Positions 20,401 through 28,651 are shown, counted from the stretch's first letter. The stretch: 43,027 nucleotides of DNA from a bacterium (GCA_041946805.1 JBHGBC010000037.1:1-43027), one strand, 5' to 3'. A program made the numbers and translations. Notes: generated from the letters alone by a model not told the origin.

Positions 20401-20929
20401 TTTCGGTGTGCGTCACCGTCTGTTCCACTTCGGCCAGAAAAGCGTTGAGTTTTTCCTCATCCACCAGGTTACGGACATCGGTTTCCAGCCGCTGGCGCAA
20501 GCCGTCCACCTCGCCGGCGACCGGATTGATTTCCTCCGGGGTCAGCACATTCGCGCTGCGCGCCTTATCCACGTTGCCGGTGGCCTTGGCCATGGCGTCC
20601 TCGATCTGCCGGATAATGGCTTCCACGCGGGGTTTGACTTCCGCGGCGACCGAGATGGAATTCTTGAACCGCCCTTCCGCTTGCACGGCTGATTCGATGG
20701 CCTGTTTGTATTCCCCGGCGTCGAATTGCTGTTGCGCCTGGTTGAAGAGCCGGTTGGCGTCTTCGAACTGACGGGGAGCATAGCCCGGCGCCTGGGCCCG
20801 TCCCGCCTCATCCTTGGCGGCCTGGGCCTGGGTGATGGCTTTCTGGGCGTCACGCTTGGCGCATCCCGTGGCGAAGAAGAGAGGAATCAGAAAAATGCAG
20901 ACGATTTTCAGCCAAGTGGAGGTCCTCAT
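17492..20929 (-). CDS. Large alpha-helical repeat lipoprotein (DUF4398-like repeats)
   Basis: MRTSTWLK..LFFATG|C lipobox; Ala/Gln/Glu-rich; recurring A..YAP..[FY]..A units; AGGAG upstream of ATG 20929. Confidence 0.8.
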   Translation of the reverse strand: MRTSTWLKIVCIFLIPLFFATGCAKRDAQKAITQAQAAKDEAGRAQAPGYAPRQFEDANRLFNQAQQQFDAGEYKQAIESAVQAEGRFKNSISVAAEVKPRVEAIIRQIEDAMAKATGNVDKARSANVLTPEEINPVAGEVDGLRQRLETDVRNLVDEEKLNAFLAEVEQTVTHTETLALAYLKPQAAQAKQEVDALIARAQEMKADVHLPERYNQVLQQYGQLEAAEKESKWQEVIDLAGQMKDPLNQIIQAAQEKAAGDILKETAQRIAQAKALNLQNVPAYSTAIQQAETTLQTGQTALQGQDYAGAITAADGAKAALQQAYQAVGQQAQQMIETAKTNLQAAIDQEAEKYAPAVVSQVREAIAGAEELVKAENFVMAFQASQKALEASTQAQDAGRRGKAQLSLDTAEKPFSTLYSQGGSRYAPEAYNQAQAAIQDLRNKMKNGEYEAVVEGSPAAAKIVQTALQSLAQSATEFIQKAEKALDEARQANAPEWVGMQFANAVNLKSAAEKDLQTERYLNSVRNSEAAVKAAQDAQARAYQLQSEQNLRRADEFLAQAKRAEQDRLSPLAYRQAVQAREETLQLIEQKQFKEGFDNSVETLQKSDQALNNLVLNARAHTDSALAAQAMDYMPENLQKALALLTQAEEAQKARNYSTANELALQSADLAQQAETYTWQVRSAKLIQELQGTKEELEYQLAPEKTPDLYHDVLVNLAEARVKQIDQDYKASFDHADKARETKEKIWSSMRDHLNQTLAELKQTADWLGENALEPKGRELKVDMLKPVPELEQKIALEDWRGAYAAAEKCLDTAEKTMSKLKDQNRSVMARQLRNSLAEYKKSSVLAILPEKDAQFQKTIKSLSSAEREVTYAEAYQQFQNASQEVENLPKTIVSEANVQIEEIANILRQADEAGVNKYYKDWYREQSSNLQLLRNAVRGENHEEIAKYMKILEKEAPKLLLATQKAAAEDQYLTNLQNNLNQMNNVFQEFGFLGSMSKNLILSARLTEHQLDKTVHDMYKSLQGTMTVSTFRVNAELLEEAVKGLTPPDTMKNIHNKAVQSFVAFRKAAEGFEVYGQSDAYDIYFREKALSKSYDYLQQALRINQTLMAEITQARKMTTWEKAFWKIGQLEESISNFYYGWGYQ

Positions 20930-21017
20930 TGTCGTCCAAACATCTCCTTGATCTATATGGCGGTCCATGATGTCCGATGAATCCTTCCCCATTCCAGGCG
21001 GCATTGGTCAGACGAAC

Positions 21018-21428
21018 TCAGTTTTCCAAGGGTATTTCCAGTTCCAGGTGAGTCAAAAGATAGCCCAAAGCTTCATTCAAGCGAAGGAATGTGGCATGCC
21101 ACTGCACGCGCAATTTCTTATAAAAATCGAAATGGATGCCGATCATCCCTTTCAGCGTGACCGTATCCGAGAGGTATGACGTGATCGGCTCCGCTTTTTC
21201 ATACTCTTTTCCCAGATATTCCAGCAAATATTGGTGCCGGCGCGCCAATTGCCCTTTCAATTTAAAGAATTCATCTTCTTCCTCCACGGTCGCTTCCTTA
21301 TCGCGGTAGGCGTGGCGGAAGAGAGTGTCATAACGAATCCACATGTCCAAAATCTGATTAATCGCGGATATTCGAAATTCGATTTCTTCTTTATCCTTCT
21401 GATGCCACGTAGCCATCGAAAATTCCAC
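21018..21428 (-). CDS. Hypothetical helical protein, paralog of 16771-17169
   Basis: Same conserved pattern as its paralog; start GTG 21428 or ATG 21416. Confidence 0.75.
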   Translation of the reverse strand: MEFSMATWHQKDKEEIEFRISAINQILDMWIRYDTLFRHAYRDKEATVEEEDEFFKLKGQLARRHQYLLEYLGKEYEKAEPITSYLSDTVTLKGMIGIHFDFYKKLRVQWHATFLRLNEALGYLLTHLELEIPLEN

Positions 21429-21597
21429 GTCTCCGTTTCCGCAAAATCGGGTACCCTCAATACAACATGGACGCTTCGGATTCGTCTTATGGCGCGGGGA
21501 AAGGAGACATCCCGCCCCGCCGCGCGAATAGGATTGCCCAACTGGGTAGTCAGGATCTTTTTTTTACAAGATCTGCATTTCAAACGAATTCCACATC

Positions 21598-21630
21598 AAA
21601 AAACACCGCCCTCCCCCCTTGGGGGCGCGG
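21598..21630 (-). terminator. Possible intrinsic terminator downstream of the Gly/Met-rich gene
   Basis: Minus strand CCGCGCCCCCAAGGGGGGAGGGCGG followed by a T-run; imperfect stem. Confidence 0.35.
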
Positions 21631-21645
21631 ACGGGAAGAGCCGGA

Positions 21646-22581
21646 TCATTGATTGAGCGTGTTCACCGCATCCACGGTGTCTTGCGCGTTCTGGACTGGA
21701 TTGTACCGCTGCACCCGCGGCTGGGCGGGTTGCCGGCTTTCCCCCGGCGCCGCCGGCGGGAGCATGGGGGAACCCGGGGCGGTCCCATCCAATTCGGGAG
21801 TGCCTTCCGGCATGCCGAAATTCAACTCCAGGGGATTGGGAAGTCCGGGAGGCGGCGGCAAATCGGGCAGCAATCCTCCCGCGCCCATGCCAGCCCCGCC
21901 CAAACCGCCGTAGCCTTCCATGGATTCGAACAGGGCGGGATCGATGGATTTCTTATAGGTCGCGTCGTCCAGTCCCTCGTACTGATTCAAGCGGGAAGCG
22001 ATGGTATCGAGGACTTCCGCCTTCATTTGTTTTTCCCAATCCGGGAGTTTGGTGACGATCGAATCGGGATTTTCGGTGGCGACGTTCAGTTTATAGAACT
22101 CCAGCGCTCCCATTTCCTTCGCGTGTTCCATGGCGTTTTTCAGAATGGTTTTATACCGGATGGCGAAAGGTCCCAGATACGTATCGCGGTTGATGGTGAT
22201 GTTGCTGGGCATGCCATCGAAGGCCACTTCGTCGCCATGAGTTCCATCGTCGAAATAGTGGACGCCGATCGTGTCCGCGGGCACCTGGATGAAGTAGACC
22301 TTGTAATCGACCAGGTCACCGAAGACGGCATCGTAGATTTTTTCCCCGTATTTCGCGGTCACGACTGCGCCGGGGCCGCCTTCCGCGCCGTAGCCCATGC
22401 CCATGCCGCCGTAGCCCATGCCCATGCCGCCGTAGCCCATGCCGCCATAGCCCATCCCCATGCCGCCGTAGCCCATGCCCATGCCACCACCGATTCCCTG
22501 GGCCATGACCGCGGGGGCCATCAGCATCACCAACGCGAAAACGCTACCGTTTTTGAGTGTCATGGGTTTAACAACCTTCAT
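21646..22581 (-). CDS. Secreted Gly/Met/Tyr-repeat protein with a DDGxxGD (choice-of-anchor X-like) motif and Pro-rich tail
   Basis: Signal peptide ..PAVMA|Q, (GMGMGYG)n, YFDDGTHGDEVAFDG, PDLPPPPGLP. Confidence 0.75.
   Translation of the reverse strand: MKVVKPMTLKNGSVFALVMLMAPAVMAQGIGGGMGMGYGGMGMGYGGMGYGGMGMGYGGMGMGYGAEGGPGAVVTAKYGEKIYDAVFGDLVDYKVYFIQVPADTIGVHYFDDGTHGDEVAFDGMPSNITINRDTYLGPFAIRYKTILKNAMEHAKEMGALEFYKLNVATENPDSIVTKLPDWEKQMKAEVLDTIASRLNQYEGLDDATYKKSIDPALFESMEGYGGLGGAGMGAGGLLPDLPPPPGLPNPLELNFGMPEGTPELDGTAPGSPMLPPAAPGESRQPAQPRVQRYNPVQNAQDTVDAVNTLNQ
22387..22489. repeat. Intragenic tandem repeat, 21-bp units (one 15-bp) encoding GYGGMGM
   Basis: GCCGTAGCCCATGCCCATGCC repeated about 5 times. 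Confidence 0.85.
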
Positions 22582-22731
22582 CCTCCGGCTCGATCCCGGA
22601 TAGACTTAACCTGAACGATCCGCCGACTTTTTCTCATTGTTGGAAAGTATCATGAGACGTGATCAGTGTCAACTTGCCCGCAATCCGGTTCATTGGCGCT
22701 GACCGCTATCAGATTATCCCACTTTTCCAGT

Positions 22732-23565
22732 TTATCCCATTTCCCCGGTTGAGGGGAGAGGGCCGCCCAATTCCCGGGACCGCTGGGCGGAACGGGTCAC
22801 CAAGGTCCGGAAAACGCCCGCCAGGTCATTGTCCAGCAACACCGCCAGGCCTGCTTCGGTGGTGCCGCCCGGGGTTGCCACCTTGCGCACCAATTCTTCC
22901 GGGCTGTCATCCCGGCGCCGGAGTACTTCGGCCGATCCCGCCAGGGTTTCGGTCACCAGCCGGCGGGCCACCGGGGGGGAAAGCCCTTCCGCGACGGCCG
23001 CCTCGATGAACACTTGCGCCAGATAGAAGATATACCCCGGCCCGCTGCCGGACACCGCCGTCACCACGTCCTGCAGGGATTCTTCCACTTCCACCACTTC
23101 GCCCACCGACCGGAAGATCGTCCGGACCCATTCCCGGCCGCTTTCCGGCAACGCGGGGGGAAAAGTGATGGCGCTCACTCCCCGGCCGACCTGGGCGGGG
23201 AGATTGGGCATCACCCGGACCATCCGTTCGGCCTGGCCCAACGCGCTGGCCAGACGCGCGCGGGAGATGCCGGCCAGAATCGAGATGACCAAGTGCTCCG
23301 GAGTCAGTCCTCTCCGGATTTCCTCCTGGATGTCCGCCAGAATCTTGGGTTTCACCGCCAGAAACACGGTCCGCGACGCTTCCGGCCCCCGCGCGTTATC
23401 CTCCGCGGTTTCCACCTGATAGAGGGATTCCAGGGCGGCGCGGCGCGCGGATGCTTTTTCGCAGACCAGCAGATCGTCCGGCGCCAGTGTGTGGTTCCGC
23501 AACAATCCGGCAATCAGCGCTTCCGCCATGTTGCCGCCGCCGATGAACGCGAGTTTCTTGTTCAC
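22732..23565 (-). CDS. proC: Pyrroline-5-carboxylate reductase
   Basis: FIGGGNMA, LAVKP, RVMPNLP, SGSGPGY, TPGGTT; GTG start with GGAG RBS. Confidence 0.96.
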   Translation of the reverse strand: MNKKLAFIGGGNMAEALIAGLLRNHTLAPDDLLVCEKASARRAALESLYQVETAEDNARGPEASRTVFLAVKPKILADIQEEIRRGLTPEHLVISILAGISRARLASALGQAERMVRVMPNLPAQVGRGVSAITFPPALPESGREWVRTIFRSVGEVVEVEESLQDVVTAVSGSGPGYIFYLAQVFIEAAVAEGLSPPVARRLVTETLAGSAEVLRRRDDSPEELVRKVATPGGTTEAGLAVLLDNDLAGVFRTLVTRSAQRSRELGGPLPSTGEMG

Positions 23566-23621
23566 GAATCCACTCCATTTCCCCGGCCGGAATCACGAAT
23601 CCCTCCCCGCTCGTGCTCCGG

Positions 23622-25442
23622 TCATGCCCGGAAGCGTGGGAAATAGTCCTGCAACGCCTTGATCTCGAGGTGGTTTTTCAGATCGGCGGCGATGCCCCGC
23701 ACAGCCGCCTCGGCGGCGGACACGGTGGTAACATAGGGAATATTCTGCTCTAACGCGCAGCGGCGCAAGGCCCGTTCGTCAAAAGTGGACTTTTTATCGG
23801 ACGGCGTGTTGATAACCAGGAGGACGTTGCCGTTCTTCATCATGTCCACGATATCCGGCCGGTTTTCGCCTACTTTATAGACCTGCTGGCACGCGATGCC
23901 GTGCCGGGTCAAATGCTCAAACGTTCCGGCCGTGGCCCAAATGTCGAATCCCATGCGCACCAGCTGCCAGGCTGGTTCGACCATCGCCGGCTTGTCGCGG
24001 TGATTCACGCTGATCACCACGATGCGCCGGGAGCCGCCGGGACGCGGTTCCGGCAGCCGCATCCCCGCGCCGGCCTGCGACTTGGAATAAGCCCGGCCGA
24101 AATCGGTGTCGAGGCCCATCACTTCGCCCGTGGAGCGCATCTCGGGCCCCAGAAGGGTGTCCACGCCGGCGAATTTCACGAAGGGCAGCACGGCTTCCTT
24201 CACGGCGATGTGCTGAATGGTGGAATACAAGGGCAGGCCGAAAGCGGCCAGGGGCTTGCCCAGCATGACCTGAGCGGCGATCTTGGCGAGCGGCACCCCG
24301 GTCGCCTTGCTGACAAACGGCACGGTGCGGGACGCGCGGGGATTGACCTCCAGGACATACACATCCTCACCCCCGCCCTGCCGGGTGATGGCGTACTGGA
24401 TGTTCATCAATCCCTTTACGTTCAGGGCCTTGGCCAGGGCGACGGTCTGCTTCTGGATGAGATCGATGGTGGACGGCTTCAGGGTATGGGGCGGAATGAC
24501 ACAGGCGCTGTCGCCGGAATGGATCCCCGCGTATTCGATGTGCTCCATGATCCCGCCGACGTACACATCCCGGGTATCGGCGATGGCGTCCACATCCACT
24601 TCCACCGCCCCTTCCAGGTATTTGTCGATCAGGACGGGATGCCCGGGGGACACGTCGAGCGCCCGCGTCACGAATTCCTTCAACGAGGATTCGTCATAGA
24701 CGATTTCCATTGCCCGCCCGCCCAAGACATACGATGGCCGCACCAGCACCGGATAATCCAGGCGGCCAGCGATGAGTTCGGCTTCCTCGAGCCGGGTGGC
24801 GGCGCCGTTGGGAGGCTGGTTGATCTGCAGATTTTCGATCAACGCCCCGAACCGCCGACGGTCCTCGGCCAGGTCGATGCTATCCGGCGACGTCCCCAGG
24901 ATGGTCACTCCCGCCTGCTCCAGGGGGACCGCCAACTGCAGCGGTGTCTGGCCCCCGAATTGCACGATAACCCCCTTGGGCCGCTCGGCCTCGATGACGT
25001 GCAGCACGTCTTCGAACGTCAGGGGCTCGAAATACAGGCGGTCGGCCGTGTCGTAATCGGTGGAGACGGTCTCGGGGTTGGAGTTGACCATGATGGTTTC
25101 ATACCCCAGCTCCCGCAGGGCGAACACGGCATGCACGCAACAGTAATCGAACTCGATGCCCTGGCCGATGCGGTTCGGCCCCCCGCCGAGGATCATGACT
25201 TTTTCCTTGTCGCACGGCCGGACTTCGGACTCGGTTTCGTATGTGGAGTAATGGTACGGGGTGTACGCCTCGAATTCGGCGGCGCAGGTATCGACGGTCT
25301 TGAAGACCGGCCGAATCCCCAGGCGGTCCCGCAACCGGCGGACGGCCGGCTCCGTGGTCCCCCACAGATGCGCCAATTGGCGGTCGGAGAATCCGTACTG
25401 TTTGGCTTCGAGCAGGAGCGACTTCAATTCGGGTTCATTCAT
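23622..25442 (-). CDS. carB: Carbamoyl-phosphate synthase large subunit, C-terminal part (end of oligomerisation domain, second ATP-grasp, MGS domain)
   Basis: KQYGFSDRQLA, VDTCAAEF, GPNRIGQGIEFDYCC, RPSYVLGG, EVNPRASRT, GPEMRSTGEVMG. Confidence 0.93.
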   Translation of the reverse strand: MNEPELKSLLLEAKQYGFSDRQLAHLWGTTEPAVRRLRDRLGIRPVFKTVDTCAAEFEAYTPYHYSTYETESEVRPCDKEKVMILGGGPNRIGQGIEFDYCCVHAVFALRELGYETIMVNSNPETVSTDYDTADRLYFEPLTFEDVLHVIEAERPKGVIVQFGGQTPLQLAVPLEQAGVTILGTSPDSIDLAEDRRRFGALIENLQINQPPNGAATRLEEAELIAGRLDYPVLVRPSYVLGGRAMEIVYDESSLKEFVTRALDVSPGHPVLIDKYLEGAVEVDVDAIADTRDVYVGGIMEHIEYAGIHSGDSACVIPPHTLKPSTIDLIQKQTVALAKALNVKGLMNIQYAITRQGGGEDVYVLEVNPRASRTVPFVSKATGVPLAKIAAQVMLGKPLAAFGLPLYSTIQHIAVKEAVLPFVKFAGVDTLLGPEMRSTGEVMGLDTDFGRAYSKSQAGAGMRLPEPRPGGSRRIVVISVNHRDKPAMVEPAWQLVRMGFDIWATAGTFEHLTRHGIACQQVYKVGENRPDIVDMMKNGNVLLVINTPSDKKSTFDERALRRCALEQNIPYVTTVSAAEAAVRGIAADLKNHLEIKALQDYFPRFRA

Positions 25443-25450
25443 CTATCTAT

Positions 25451-25504
25451 TTTCACCGCCGGGACGCGAGTCTTTATCACCGCGGAGGCGCGGAGAACGC
25501 GGAG
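25451..25504. repeat. Left inverted-repeat arm (25477-25504) plus partial copy (25451-25470) flanking the GxxExxY gene
   Basis: TCACCGCGGAGGCGCGGAGAACGCGGAG and TTTCACCGCCGGGACGCGAG; complementary to 25940-25967. Confidence 0.85.
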
Positions 25505-25506
25505 TA

Positions 25507-25902
25507 TTATTCTACTAAGTCTTCATCAAAGTGGTACACAATTCTCTTAAGACCATTCCTCAGAAGCGCTACGTTGAAATTGATCAACAAGCCAATGGGC
25601 CAATCACCCAATTTCAGATACGTGAGCACTTGCGCTTTATGGATTGGTTGTAGCGCATCCACCGATTTCAGCTCGACAACGACCAAATCGGCGACGAGAA
25701 AATCCAATCGATAACCGCAATCCAGATGAATCCCTTTGTAGTATACGGATAAGGGTTTCTGACGCTCAAAAGCCAAGTTCGGTCTCTTTTGTTCATACGC
25801 GAGGCATTCTTCATAAGCGGATTCTAACAATCCTGGACCCAGTGCTTTATGCACTTCCATCGCGGCGCCGATGATCCTTCGGGTGATCTCATCCGCATCC
25901 AT
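25507..25902 (-). CDS. GxxExxY protein (PD-(D/E)xK nuclease superfamily)
   Basis: GPGLLESAYEECL (GxxExxY), YRLDFLV..VVVELKS, AQVLTYLK, GLLINFN; GAGGGGG RBS; visibly more AT-rich than carB. Confidence 0.93.
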   Translation of the reverse strand: MDADEITRRIIGAAMEVHKALGPGLLESAYEECLAYEQKRPNLAFERQKPLSVYYKGIHLDCGYRLDFLVADLVVVELKSVDALQPIHKAQVLTYLKLGDWPIGLLINFNVALLRNGLKRIVYHFDEDLVE

Positions 25903-25939
25903 CGATACGTATCCCCCTCATCCGAATTTGGATATGTTC

Positions 25940-25967
25940 CTCCGCGCTCTCTGCGTCTCGGCGGTGA
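25940..25967. repeat. Right inverted-repeat arm flanking the GxxExxY gene
   Basis: CTCCGCGCTCTCTGCGTCTCGGCGGTGA; 24/28 Watson-Crick pairs plus 1 G-U with the left arm on the mRNA strand. Confidence 0.85.
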
Positions 25968-25975
25968 ATAACCAT

Positions 25976-27481
25976 TTAGAGCCACCCCGCCATCTCCCCC
26001 TTCATCCCCTTGAGCCGTTCTTCCATCTCCACGATCTCCGCCAGGTTGGTCAAAAACCAAGGATCGATCTTGGAATATTGATAAATTTCATCGACCGTCA
26101 TTCCGGCCTGGAGGGCCAGACGGATGTAGAAAATCCGCTCCGGCGTGGGCCGCCGCAATTTTTCCACGATCTCCGCCCGCATGTCCGGCCCGGCGGGATC
26201 CCGGTACCGCGGATGGGAGGGATCGTCGAACACGCAGGGATCCTTGCCGTCCGCGCCGAATCCGAAACGGCCGGTCTCCAGCGAGCGCAGGCATTTCTGC
26301 AACGCCTCCTTGAAGGTCCGCCCGATGGCCATCGCTTCACCCACCGATTTCATCTGGGTTCCCAAGGTGGGATCGGATCCCGGGAATTTTTCGAACGCCC
26401 AGCGGGGGATCTTCACGACGCAATAGTCGATGGTGGGTTCGAACGAGGCCGGGGTTTCCTTGGTGATGTCGTTGGGGATCTCGTCCAGGGTGTAGCCGAC
26501 GGCCAGTTTGGCCGCGATCTTGGCGATGGGAAATCCGGTGGCCTTGGAAGCGAGGGCGGAGCTGCGCGAGACGCGGGGATTCATTTCGATGACCACCATG
26601 CGCCCGTCTTCCGGATTGAGGGCGAACTGGATGTTGGATCCGCCCGTCTCCACCCCGATCTCGCGGATGATGGCCACGGACGCATCCCGCATGGCCTGGT
26701 ATTCCTTGTCGGTCAGCGTCTGGGCCGGGGCGACGGTGATGCTGTCGCCGGTGTGCACGCCCATGGGATCGAAGTTCTCGATCGAGCAGATGATGACCAC
26801 GTTGTCCCGGAGGTCGCGCATGACCTCGAGCTCGAATTCCTTCCAGCCGAGGACCGATTCCTCCACCAGCACGGTATGGACGGGACTCATGTCGAGGCCC
26901 CATTGGACCACGCTCTCGTATTCCTGCCGGTTGTAGGCCGTGCCCGCGCCGGTCCCCCCGAGGGTGAAGGAAGGCCGGATAATGGCGGGAAATCCGACCT
27001 CCTCGATGACCCGCATGGCGTCCTCCAGGTTGCGGACATAGCCGCTGCGGGGCAGATCCAGCCCGATGCGGGCCATGGCGGCCTTGAACAATTCCCGGTC
27101 TTCCGCCTTTTGGATGGCCTCGATCTTCGCCCCGATCAGTTCCACGCCGTACTTATCCAACGTCCCGCTTTCCGCCAGGTGGACGGCCGCGTTGAGGGCG
27201 GTCTGGCCACCCAGGGTGGGCAGCAGGCAATCCGGACGCTCGCGGGCGATGATCTTCTCCAGCGCTTCGGGGATGATCGGCTCGATGTAGGTCCGGTCGC
27301 CCATGTCGGGATCGGTCATGATGGTGGCGGGATTGCTGTTGACCAGCACCACCTCGTAACCCTCTTCCCGCAGGGATTTGCATCCCTGGGCGCCGGAATA
27401 GTCGAATTCACAAGCCTGGCCGATGACAATCGGCCCTGAACCGATGATCAGGATTTTATGAATGTCCGTGCGGCGCGGCAT
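25976..27481 (-). CDS. carB: Carbamoyl-phosphate synthase large subunit, N-terminal part (first ATP-grasp, start of oligomerisation domain)
   Basis: [64 protein letters not shown]; ends in TAA. Confidence 0.95.
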   Translation of the reverse strand: MPRRTDIHKILIIGSGPIVIGQACEFDYSGAQGCKSLREEGYEVVLVNSNPATIMTDPDMGDRTYIEPIIPEALEKIIARERPDCLLPTLGGQTALNAAVHLAESGTLDKYGVELIGAKIEAIQKAEDRELFKAAMARIGLDLPRSGYVRNLEDAMRVIEEVGFPAIIRPSFTLGGTGAGTAYNRQEYESVVQWGLDMSPVHTVLVEESVLGWKEFELEVMRDLRDNVVIICSIENFDPMGVHTGDSITVAPAQTLTDKEYQAMRDASVAIIREIGVETGGSNIQFALNPEDGRMVVIEMNPRVSRSSALASKATGFPIAKIAAKLAVGYTLDEIPNDITKETPASFEPTIDYCVVKIPRWAFEKFPGSDPTLGTQMKSVGEAMAIGRTFKEALQKCLRSLETGRFGFGADGKDPCVFDDPSHPRYRDPAGPDMRAEIVEKLRRPTPERIFYIRLALQAGMTVDEIYQYSKIDPWFLTNLAEIVEMEERLKGMKGEMAGWL

Positions 27482-27490
27482 GGGGAGACG

Positions 27491-28651
27491 TTATTTCCTC
27501 TCGTGGGCGATCATGTTCACGAACGTATCGAAGTGATGCGCGGCGTCATGCGGCCCGGGTGAAGCCTCCGGGTGGTATTGCACCGAAAAGCACTTCAGGT
27601 CCCGGCATTCCAATCCCTCGACGGTGTTGTCGTTGAGATTGATGTGTGTCACCCGCACTTTTTCGGGATCCACCCCGGCCGTGTCCACGCAGAATCCGTG
27701 ATTTTGCGACGTGATGTCGATTTTCCCGGTGGCCAGATCCTTGACCGGCTGGTTGGCTCCCCGGTGGCCGAATTTCAACTTGTACGTCTTGCAACCCAAG
27801 GCCAGTCCCAGGATCTGATGGCCCAGGCAGATGCCGAAGATCGGAACCTTCCCCAGCAGTTGGCGGACGGTTTCGATGGCGTAGGTGACCGGCTCGGGAT
27901 CGCCGGGCCCGTTCGATAGAAAAACGCCGCCAGGCTGGTACGACATCACCTCTTCCGCAGTGGCCGAGGCGGGCAACACATACGTTTCGCCGACCCGTTC
28001 GGCCAGATGGCGGAGAATGTTGTGCTTGATTCCATAATCCAGCGCCACCACCCGCGACGGCGTGCGCCAGGGCTCGGGCAGCCCTTGCGCCTTGTGGCCG
28101 GGATGCAATTTTTCGTTCCACTGGTAGGGTTTGTCCGTGGTGACGAAACGGGCCAGGTCGGCGCCGGCCATGAAGGGCACGGTTTCGACTTTCGTCCGCA
28201 AATCGGCCTCGGCGCCTTCCTCCGGGCAGATCACTCCCCGCATGACGCCGTGATTCCGTAATTGGCGGACCAGGGCGCGGGTGTCGATTCCACACAGCCC
28301 CACTTTGTTATGGCGCTTCAACCAGTCCTCCAGGGTAAGGCGGCTGCGCCAGTTGCTCGCGATCGCGGACGGTTCCTTGATAATGAATCCCGCTACTTGA
28401 ATCCGGCCCGATTCCATGTCTTCCTCATTGATCCCGTAGTTCCCGATCAGGGGATAAGTCATGGTAACGATCTGGCCGTGATAGGAAGGATCGGTCAGCA
28501 CTTCCTGGTAACCGGTCATGGCGGTGTTGAATACCACTTCGCCGCCGGTTTCGCCGATGGCTCCGTAAGCCCGGCCGCGAAAGATCGAGCCGTCTTCCAG
28601 CACCAGGACCGCGGGGGGACGTTGGGGACGTATGGGAAACAATGCGCTCAT
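27491..28651 (-). CDS. carA: Carbamoyl-phosphate synthase small subunit
   Basis: GEVVFNTAMTGYQE, SNGPGDP, GICLGHQ, FSVQYHPEASPGP. Confidence 0.97.
   Translation of the reverse strand: MSALFPIRPQRPPAVLVLEDGSIFRGRAYGAIGETGGEVVFNTAMTGYQEVLTDPSYHGQIVTMTYPLIGNYGINEEDMESGRIQVAGFIIKEPSAIASNWRSRLTLEDWLKRHNKVGLCGIDTRALVRQLRNHGVMRGVICPEEGAEADLRTKVETVPFMAGADLARFVTTDKPYQWNEKLHPGHKAQGLPEPWRTPSRVVALDYGIKHNILRHLAERVGETYVLPASATAEEVMSYQPGGVFLSNGPGDPEPVTYAIETVRQLLGKVPIFGICLGHQILGLALGCKTYKLKFGHRGANQPVKDLATGKIDITSQNHGFCVDTAGVDPEKVRVTHINLNDNTVEGLECRDLKCFSVQYHPEASPGPHDAAHHFDTFVNMIAHERK

Noticed and set aside
22387..22489. CRISPR array
   Set aside because: Repeats are contiguous with no unique spacers and encode an in-frame Gly/Met/Tyr tract; no cas genes.
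25443..25978. Group I/II intron, intein or T4 gene 60-type ribosomal bypass restoring a single CarB chain
   Set aside because: No GUGYG/domain V or group I core recognised and no intein motifs. An in-frame TAG lies immediately before the carB-C ATG, so landing on the upstream matching CTC codon would terminate. Two separate polypeptides is the simpler reading.
23622..27481. carB as a pseudogene
   Set aside because: Both halves are fully open with intact catalytic motifs, and the break sits in a variable loop.
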